Source of the DNA: Paragordius varius
Lineage: Eukaryota; Animalia; Nematomorpha
DNA: 64,000 nt
Assembly: GCA_964247055.1 (NCBI GenBank)
Contig: OZ176056.1
Location: forward strand, 5,952,001-6,016,000
Reading direction: 5' to 3'
Shown: piece by piece, positions 55,937 through 64,000 of the stretch
Layout: every line of letters begins with the position of its first letter
Numbering within the stretch: position 1 is the stretch's first letter
The notes under the pieces: generated by a model
Seen by the model: the letters and a program-made list of their open reading frames with translations, nothing else
Databases searched by the model: none
Told to the model about the DNA's origin: nothing
Position numbers and translations under genes: made by a program

Positions 55937-58606
55937 AAGAAATGTAATTAAACCTATTTTTAAGTATTATACTGTACCATCATTGAAAAATATATTAACA
56001 AATGATTTATAAGATGCAGTTATTATTATACGTGTTTGTTAAGTCAGGCTTAAAAATGTATTTTTTTATCGTCGTGAACTGGAAAATAATTTTTATTGAG
56101 TCGAAAACAACATTTTTTTTCCAAAAAATCAAAACATTTTCCCAGTTAACTATTCCATATTAAATTGATATCTCACTATAATATATTGGAAAGGGTGTTT
56201 AGTTTGATAGACTACAAAACTAAAATGTAAGAAATATTTTTTTTCACCACATTATTATGAAAAAAAAAAACGTTTCGATTGATATTAAAAAGCACCATAT
56301 TTTTACAGGTGTGTCCAACAGTGGGCCGCATTTATTATATAAATATTTTATTGGATCATGAACATAAGACTGTTATGCACACAATATAACAATTTTTCTA
56401 ATTTTTGCCAATAATATGATAATATAAACTTATTCAGAAAATTTGTTTAGCAACAAATACATCAATTTTACTATGATTTTTTAGGGATATTTTTGCCAAA
56501 AAAATAATTACCAAATATAAAGAAATATAAAAACAAGTGAACAGACTTACCATTAGAAGACATAATTTGACGGGGAGAAGTAAATAAATTGGTGGACATG
56601 AACGAATTATTTAACTTAGCCTTAAAGACAAAACATTCCAACGTATTCCATTCATTGTTACATTGGCCCCAAGGCAAGGGTTTTTCAAAAGCGGCAATCA
56701 AATAAAACAGTATTATAGCAAGGAGCAAATTGAATGATGTACTCCCAATCATAGTTAACAACACTGTCCCAATTCCAACGCCTTAAAGGTAAAAAAATAT
56801 GTACACTGATATATATATATATAATAATTTAATTTTTCACGACTATATATATAATAAACTTATTTACAGTTTTTGTAGGGTACTTTAATTTTAGAGTAAA
56901 AATAGAAATAAGAAACGTAAAATATAAAGATTATTTAAAGAAAACCATATTCTTTAAATTTGCAAAGTATGAAATAGAATTGTATATCGAAAACTCAAAC
57001 AATATATACAAGTGTAATTTAATAAGCTATTTAAAAAAATTCCTAAAATGCTCTTGTAAACCGTTTTGTGTATCAGCGAGTAAGACGGTATCGTCAACGT
57101 ATGTAAGGTTATAAATTATTTCTCCGCCTAATTTTACACCAATATGATTATGAGTGTGCCTAACTTGGACCAGATATGTTCGGTGTAGATATTGAATAAT
57201 AGGGGTAAAAGGATGCACCCTTGACGGGCGCACCTTTTGTAGGAAAACCAATCTGAGGTACCGTGTGCTGTTTAAATATATGCCTCAGTGTTGCTGTATA
57301 AAGATTTTATTATTTGAATGAGAACAGGTGCAACAGCTCCTAAAAAAATAAAAATATCATCTTGAGAGCCAATCTCATGGCCTCTAAATTATATTGGTGG
57401 AAACTAAAGTCATATCGAATGAGGCCACATGCTTAATCAAAATGGGTGGACATAGTTTAGAAACATTAGACAACTCTATATATATATAGATATAATTAAT
57501 AAAATTACAACAACTGAAAGTTAAAGAAGACTTTAAAGCCAGGGATTGAAATAATATCGCAAGATATAGCCTTCATGAAAAATAATTAAAACAACCAAAA
57601 AAATTTAAATACCATAATATTCCCATTCGCAACCTATGGCTGGAAAAGCTGGGTATGCAAAAATTCTGACTAAAAAAATTATGCAAACTTTTGAACAAAC
57701 TTGCTGAAGAATGCTACTTGGTAAAAAAATGGACGGAGACAAACTTAATAATAAATGAATCCACAATACAATCAACCCTTAGACTAAACTACTTCAAATA
57801 ATAACAACATGGAAATTAGGCTACTTAAGCCATGCCATCCGCAATAACAAATTGGAGAAAACAATCATGCTGGGCCAGGTAGAAGGTAAACGTAAAAGGA
57901 GCAGACTCAGAAAAAGATGTTCAAAACAGTCAACAAAAGACACCGACCTCACACTTCTCCAATCTTATCAATTTATCCTCAGACAAATCAGCCTGCAGAA
58001 AATTTGTCGATGAAGTTTAGCAAAAAGTTGAATATTAACTACGCTGTCATTCATTCATATAGGATAAAATTAAGGTTTACAAGAGTATATCTGTCTTTTG
58101 AAAATATTTGTCTTTATATTTTTACGTTTTCAATTTTTACTGTAACTATTATTAATTTAAAACTAAGTCATGCACTTTTCAGCGTATTAAATGTTCCCTA
58201 GTTTTAAAAGTAAGAATTATTTGATAATACAAATATTGATTTGTAGATATTTTTGAACCCGCAATAAAGATGCACAAGTTTTTTTGTCACATTCAAGAAT
58301 ATGATAAAGAGTAACAACTTTAAAACAACTTTTTTGTTGATAAACTTTCTAAAAAATTTTTTGTAGTTGTTTAAATTATCCTGAAATTGACTTCATACGG
58401 AAGTATTATGGATATATATGTATATGGCGGGCACCTTATTGAAATTACAATTAAATTTTTAGTCAAATCCTGATATGTTCAATAAAAATTTATAAATCCT
58501 TTTTCTCTCATGTATTATAACACACTAAATAATGGATTAAATATTTGTCCACACTACGTAAATTATACAAAAGAGTGAATATATTACTAAATCACAAACG
58601 ATACAG

Positions 58607-58639
<33 letters not shown>

Positions 58640-60192
58640 ATTATTTGGGTCATTAAATAAAATCAATAAATATATCTAAAGATTTTACATAAAAGTTAGA
58701 ATTTTATTTATGCAATGTTTAGCATATGATAGGGTATATATATATATATATATATGAACAAATAAAACGAGGCAATTTTAAAATACAAATGGACATTATC
58801 TAAATTTGGTTAAAAAACATAGTTTCAGAATTAAATTATAGCAGAAAAATTACTCACTATTTCCGATTATTTCATCAATTTTAAGTTCTACGCTTATTAT
58901 TAAAAACTACTATTTTTCGTCCAAATTTATCAACAATATTCTTTCATATTGGCAAGAAAAAATGTCATTCGTTTGTTTAAAATACTGGGACCCCTTAAAT
59001 GAATCAATACCTAACACTGAAATAAACATAGACTTTAGGTAGGCAAATTATGTATGAGTATATATGTAATTCAAAAACCATTTAGAAGAGTTATTCATTT
59101 ATATTTTTACAATACATTTTAAAATAATATCGCAATAATTGTTTTAATGTTTAGAATATTTATTAAAATTCAACTTTTTTTATAAATTTTTTTTGATATT
59201 ATCTATATTTTAGTTCAGGGGTAAGTTAAATGGTACTAAAGCGTTTTTAATATATTTAAATTATTAGTTGCGCATGTAAAATTTAGATCCATATACCAAA
59301 ATATTTTTAAAATAAAAATAATTATTGATATAATTTTGTATATTAAAGCTCAATAAGATATTCATAAGCAAATTGTATAACCTATACCACCTATTTTTTA
59401 CACATATATAAAATATCGATTTGTTCAAATATCAAGTCAAAATTAAAATGCGCTTCAAAATGTATGTTATCAAATAAATTATTGGTTGTTTGAATTAAAG
59501 TCCGTTCCAATCTAAAACAATAATATTATTATAAATATTTTAGTATCATTAACAAATTATACAACCTGAGATGACGTTTATTATACATAATGTATTTAGG
59601 CATTTTTAGTATTTTATTTTTTAATGTGATGATTATGAAACAAAAAATGTTTATTTATTATAATAAATAATATATATTTATATATCATAAAATTTGTACC
59701 CAAAAAACAGTACATATTTGGTTATTTGATACTTACGTACATATATATATGTATACATTAATAATATTAAAAAGAATATAATTAACCTTATGCATACATA
59801 TGGTGTTATACAAAAAATATAACCTTTAAATAACGGACAAAAATTCCATACATGTATTGCACCTTTGCTTGAAAATTGACCTAGTGCGACTTCAAGAAAA
59901 AATAAAGGTATACCACACACAAAAAGCATAAGCCAATACGGAATTAAAAATGCCCCTATATATATATAAAAATATGTGAACCTCCACCATTTCGATAACA
60001 TAAGTAGGGAAATCGCCAGATATTACCTAAACTCACGGCATATCCAATGAGCGATAGGACAAACTCAAAATGATTGCTCCAAACGTGCCTCTTTTTATCT
60101 TCTAAGTTGGGTAATCTTGGTTGAATAACTTTTATAGTTTCATCTTTAGGCTTAAGCAAATTTTCATCAACTAAAGCCTCTTTTTTAAACAT
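47800..60192 (-). CDS. Intact SLC6/NSS Na+/Cl--dependent transporter (gene A), GlyT/proline/ATB0,+-like, 14 coding exons, 671 aa
   Basis: Exons (minus): 60192-59982, 59955-59824, 56781-56551, 55895-55667, 53647-53515, 52807-52673, 52541-52438, 52142-52018, 51715-51603, 51273-51142, 51076-50977, 50674-50568, 50138-49962, 47886-47800. All introns are GT-AG, phases are consistent, and the total of 2016 nt has no internal stop. SLC6 motifs: [107 protein letters not shown]. The 135/104/125/113/100-nt exon sizes are typical of animal SLC6 genes. The family call is secure; the exact subfamily is not. Confidence 0.93.
48705..49880. mobile_element. Foldback element with ~220-330 bp inverted arms containing 21-bp tandem repeats, in gene A intron 13
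   Basis: Left arm 48705-49030 (CGTTTTCCCAGTCAATCAAAA ~8x) is the reverse complement of the right arm 49660-49880 (GACTGGGAAAACG ~4x), including the shared AACCATTATCAGCGTAATATTAG block. Confidence 0.78.
49962..50138 (-). CDS. Gene A exon 13 (TM12)
   Basis: [48 protein letters not shown]...YLK; 177 nt. Confidence 0.9.
50568..50674 (-). CDS. Gene A exon 12 (TM11)
   Basis: [36 protein letters not shown]; 107 nt. Confidence 0.9.
50701..50913. mobile_element. ~210-bp palindromic MITE in gene A intron 11
   Basis: Long imperfect terminal inverted repeats (AGTCATGTATCCTTTATTTTATCAAAAA and TTTTGATAAAATGAAGGATGACTG) with TA flanks. Confidence 0.75.
50977..51076 (-). CDS. Gene A exon 11 (TM10)
   Basis: [33 protein letters not shown]; 100 nt. 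Confidence 0.9.
51142..51273 (-). CDS. Gene A exon 10 (TM9)
   Basis: [44 protein letters not shown]; 132 nt. Confidence 0.9.
51603..51715 (-). CDS. Gene A exon 9 (EL4, TM8)
   Basis: [38 protein letters not shown]; 113 nt. Confidence 0.92.
52018..52142 (-). CDS. Gene A exon 8 (TM7)
   Basis: [41 protein letters not shown]; 125 nt. Confidence 0.92.
52438..52541 (-). CDS. Gene A exon 7 (TM6)
   Basis: [34 protein letters not shown]; 104 nt. Confidence 0.92.
52673..52807 (-). CDS. Gene A exon 6 (TM5)
   Basis: [45 protein letters not shown]; 135 nt. Confidence 0.92.
53515..53647 (-). CDS. Gene A exon 5 (TM4)
   Basis: [44 protein letters not shown]; 133 nt. Confidence 0.9.
55667..55895 (-). CDS. 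Gene A exon 4 (EL2)
   Basis: Open frame [10 protein letters not shown]...STSSAYEFW; 229 nt, phases match neighbouring exons, donor GTAAGG. Confidence 0.85.
56551..56781 (-). CDS. Gene A exon 3 (TM3, start of EL2)
   Basis: [50 protein letters not shown]...; 231 nt, donor GTAAGT. Confidence 0.9.
57020..57960. mobile_element. RTE-type LINE remnant with an inverted 5' segment, in gene A intron 2
   Basis: RT motifs ([27 protein letters not shown]) on minus at 57020-57420; downstream domain (IFPFATYG...[11 protein letters not shown]) on plus at 57520-57940. Confidence 0.72.
59824..59955 (-). CDS. Gene A exon 2 (TM2)
   Basis: [44 protein letters not shown]; 132 nt, AG/GT flanks. Confidence 0.92.
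59982..60192 (-). CDS. Gene A exon 1 (N-terminus, TM1)
   Basis: ATG at 60192 with an upstream in-frame stop. Encodes MFKKEAL...[36 protein letters not shown]; donor GT at 59981. An additional upstream exon cannot be excluded. Confidence 0.9.
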
Positions 60193-60969
60193 AATTAAAA
60201 TTTAAAATTTTAATCACATGATTAAATGAAATTGTAGAAACCATATGGATAGATTGAAAGTTTAGTTTTATTAGCATATTTTTTTATTTAGTTTTACTCA
60301 AAAAGAATCGTGATCCCCGAGCGATTTAAAATATTAGTCAAAAAAATTTTTAACGATAGCTTTTAAACGAGTTTTATGATTTGTTTAAAAATATATTATA
60401 CAAAAACGTGATCTCAAACTTTTTTCTAAATCGAATATATTAAATGTATATTAAGGTAATGAATATAATAGTAGCTTTTAAGGTTCTATACGAGAAAAAT
60501 GCTTATTGATTTAAAAATCAGTTGTTATTAACAGTGATTTGGGGCAATTTTAGACTCTAAAAATCGCTAAATGTTTCGATAAAAGCGTTTTATCTAGTTG
60601 TTTAGTTGATAAATTTTAGAGTAAACAGTAGTTTATTTACAGAAATCTATGATAAAAAAATTACCCGAATATGTTATCACGAACAAAAACGTGGAACGGT
60701 CATAAAGTATGTAAATGATAATCCAAATTAACACTGATTTTAATGGAAACTACTGTAAATGACTCTTTGTAACTAACCTTAAAATAATCGCGAATTATCG
60801 GAAGCGCGATAATAGTTTTTCATATAATACTGCCTTCGAAATAGATGAAAAATAAATTGTTAAAATATAAATTCCGATAGGATAAGGATTATAATGATGA
60901 TTTTACCTTTGGTGTTACGACTGATATAATGAAGTTATTTACACATTTGTGGTAAGAGCTCCATATAAG

Positions 60970-61860
60970 AAAATGACAAAATTTGCGCTTTGTTTTAAAA
61001 ATTTTGATGAAAACCAAATTCTTTCTTCCGAAAAATATTTAAATATGTCATTTTTCTACCTCTAAAAAGACAAAACTTTTTAAAATATTATTTGTGGGGT
61101 ACAAAAATCCCAAATTTTTTGGCTCTTCTAAAATGGCTATCTAAGAAGTAACGGAAAAATGCCCGGATTATGATATTATTTTTAATTATATGCTAAATTT
61201 TGACTTAAAAAGTATTATTAAATAAATGCTTACTTTATAATATTTAATTTTTAGAAAAATTTTGTTGAAGCGTACTTCATACTATTTTTAGGCATGATGG
61301 AAACGATATAATAACGCTTTTAGATTCAAAAATTTTTTACTTCAATTTTAATCTTAAAGGCTTGTTTAATTTCAAATTTTGAATTTATATAAAAAACTAA
61401 TTTATATTTGATAAAGAAAAACGAGTGAATATTTTAAAAATTCTGAGGTTACAGAAATGTTCAGCATCACCAAATTATAAAAAAGTGCTTTTATAATATC
61501 TAAAAGCGTTTTATACCATTTTCATCAATAAAAATAGGTTGGGATACGCTTGATAAATGTTTTACTAAAAATTAAATTTTTATAAATATATGAATTTTTT
61601 TAAAAAATATTTTTTACAAATTTAGCATATATTTAAAAATCGTGAGATCCCGGCTTGCGTTTTTAAGAACTAGCCCATTTTAGAAGAGCGAAAAAATTTG
61701 AGATTTTTGAAGCTTATAAATATTGAAATATTTTTCTTTTTTGATTTTTATAAGTAGTTTATGATATATGAGTGATATTTTTTCGGATGAAGCATTCGCC
61801 TTTACCAAAAAATGTATTTAAAAATGTGCGCAAATTTTCCCGATTTCTTATATAAAGCAT
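60970..61860. repeat. Long inverted repeat (foldback/MITE-like) upstream of gene A
   Basis: 60970-61205 is an imperfect reverse complement of 61615-61860 (e.g. TTTTTTGGCTCTTCTAAAATGGC vs GCCCATTTTAGAAGAGCGAAAAAA); related sequence at ~5030-5500. Confidence 0.65.
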
Positions 61861-63024
61861 TTATCTCAAAGGTGTAAATAACTTTCTTATATCACTTGTA
61901 AGGGCCACCAAAAGCGCCATGATAATCCTGATAAATTTTCCTAAGAAAAGATATTTTACTAGGATATTTTTTATAAGCCCCTGGACGCAGTGTACTGGAT
62001 TATAATATCCAAAATTTTATTAAATATTTGCTTTAAATTTAAATTTTGGCTATCGTCCTTGAGGCGTACTTGATGGTATTTTACCATGGTGTAAACGGTA
62101 TTAAAAAGCTTCATTTATACATCCTTACTTATATTCAAATGAAACTTAATATATTGCGAACGATTAAAAGCTCATTTGGTCCAATTTGGTTTATTTTTTG
62201 AGAGAAAAATATTTAATTTTTAATTATACGGGAAGACAAGCAATTTTATAAAATATTTGACTAATTACTTTGTCCGCGATTACAAAATGAGGTGGTTTAT
62301 ATCTTAGAACATTGTAAATAAAACACTGTTTGGAAAGATATTATATTTACATAATTAAACATTATTTTCCTCTATTAGATATAAAACCTTTTATTATTAA
62401 CAGTTTTCTAATTTCTAGTTAAAATTCGACAGCTCCAAAACGCGATTACTAAACAGCCGATTTCATAATTTATAAATATAAAGTTTTTGTGATAAAATAC
62501 GACTTGAAAGCTTTTTAACGTTAATTACTCACTTTTAACCCTAATAAATACAAATGTATTAGTGATTTTAAAAAATATAAGGAAAAAATAGCGGCAAAGA
62601 TGAGGATTTTTTATTGTAAATATGCGCCTAACAGGTGAAAAAGCACATTTTTAGATTGGGCCTAATATATTAAAAGCTATTTGAGATAATCGTTTTAATC
62701 GATCGGGCATATGAAACTACCCCAAAAGGTTATAAGTGTTAAAGGTAATATAAATTATTAGCATCATATGTATTTTAAAGTGTTTTGATGCCGTGTCATA
62801 GAAGAACCATAAAGCATACTTTAGGTAACCAGATTTTTAAATGGAAAAAGGTGGACAACTCTCAACGGAAGGGGGGTTATTTTCAAAATAATACAGTTTA
62901 TAAGTATAAAAAAATGCATAATATTTCATTCCTTAATATATTTTTTAATTGAGTTAATTTGTTTGAACAATTTGTTATCATTTTTTAATCTATATATTTA
63001 TAAAAAAAGAAAGTGGTGATCTTA

Positions 63025-64000
63025 AACGGTTTTTTTAAAAGCCCACAAAAATAATTTTTAAAATCTATTTAAAGTATGAGACCGTAAAAATTCAATAAGG
63101 TTTCCAGGTATTCCCTGTTAAAAGGCAAAAATTTTAGTCAAGCGTTTTTTGATGATAGCTGCTGGGTAAGGAGATTCCTTTTAAAAACTGACCCGCCATA
63201 TCGAAATAGCGTCGTGCCTTTGGGGCTGAATTTTAAAAAAACCTATCAGGCCATATGAGTTAAATAGCTGCTTAAAATATTACCCGTAACAAGGCAACAA
63301 TTAAGATCGTGCGGTTTAATAAATTAGAAGTTAATTAGGCCCTTCACACCCTGAAAAATGCGCCACTATTAAGAAACTTTTTGTTTTTGAGGCAATTCTT
63401 CGAAAATCCCACGAGAGCATATGGAATCAGTCATGATTCCAGGTATTACCCGAATTAAGGCAATAATTTTAAATGAGAGTTTTTTGTTTCGCCCCTGGTT
63501 AGGGGGCTACTCGCATAAAACAGCGACACCATATCGATACAGCATGCCTTTGGACCCAAATTTCCGAAAACCTTTGTGTCTAATAGGAACATATGGAATC
63601 CATGTTAATTCCCATATAAAGGAAAAATTATGCTCAACGCTTTTTTATACCTAACCCTGGATAAGGGGCTATCCGAAAACTGCGCCACTAAAATTGCGTT
63701 GTTTTGGAGCTAATTTACAGAAAATGTATGAAGCCATATGAGTTGTATTAAAAGCTTGAATTATTATCCTTAACTAGATAAAAAATGTTAGACGTTTTTA
63801 ATCAGCCGTTAATTTGGGGCCTTTAATACGCCATCATATAACGATTATTTAGTGTTGAGGTATTTTTTCGAATAATCCTTGAGACGATGGTATCAAAGAT
63901 GATTCCAATATGCCCTATAAAGGCAAAGAATTTAACTCATTTTCCTTAAAGAGCTACGAGTAGGGGTTCGGTTAAAACTGAGGCGTATACAAAAATGGTG
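63025..64000 (+). mobile_element. Non-autonomous Helitron copy (5'-truncated, runs off the window)
   Basis: Colinear with the internal tandem-unit region of 42899-44908 and 29600-31549. Confidence 0.72.

Noticed and set aside
1-64000. Remaining short six-frame ORFs, tRNA/rRNA genes, and species assignment
   Set aside because: The other ORFs are low-complexity, antisense to exons or TEs, or lack recognisable motifs. I saw no cloverleaf or rRNA-like conserved blocks. AT-richness and tiny introns hint at a derived invertebrate lineage but do not identify it.

Overview
This is strongly AT-rich eukaryotic (animal-type) genomic DNA carrying a tandem pair of SLC6 (NSS, Na+/Cl--dependent neurotransmitter/amino-acid transporter) genes, both on the minus strand. 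Gene A (47800-60192) is intact. I could assemble 14 exons with GT-AG introns and consistent phases into 2016 nt (671 aa + stop), resembling the GlyT/proline/ATB0,+ type. Paralog B (487-41044) has the same 14-exon layout but is a pseudogene, with in-frame stops, frameshifts, broken splice sites and a truncated exon 1. Its span has inflated to about 40 kb through transposon accumulation. The transposons are two related Ty3/Gypsy LTR elements (one rearranged, with a ~2 kb inversion and an apparently captured WNK-kinase fragment), RTE-type LINE remnants, three hAT/Buster copies, a mariner remnant, non-autonomous Helitrons with internal tandem units, MITEs and foldback elements. The most notable signals are three non-canonical residues in the substrate/Na1 site of the intact transporter, a 26-nt intron, many GTT splice donors, the WNK fragment, and evidence of DNA-level copying or conversion among the Gypsy copies. 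I found no RNA genes or CRISPR arrays. Exon coordinates were read base by base; most transposon boundaries are approximate unless a TIR or TSD is quoted. I cannot identify the organism from the sequence.
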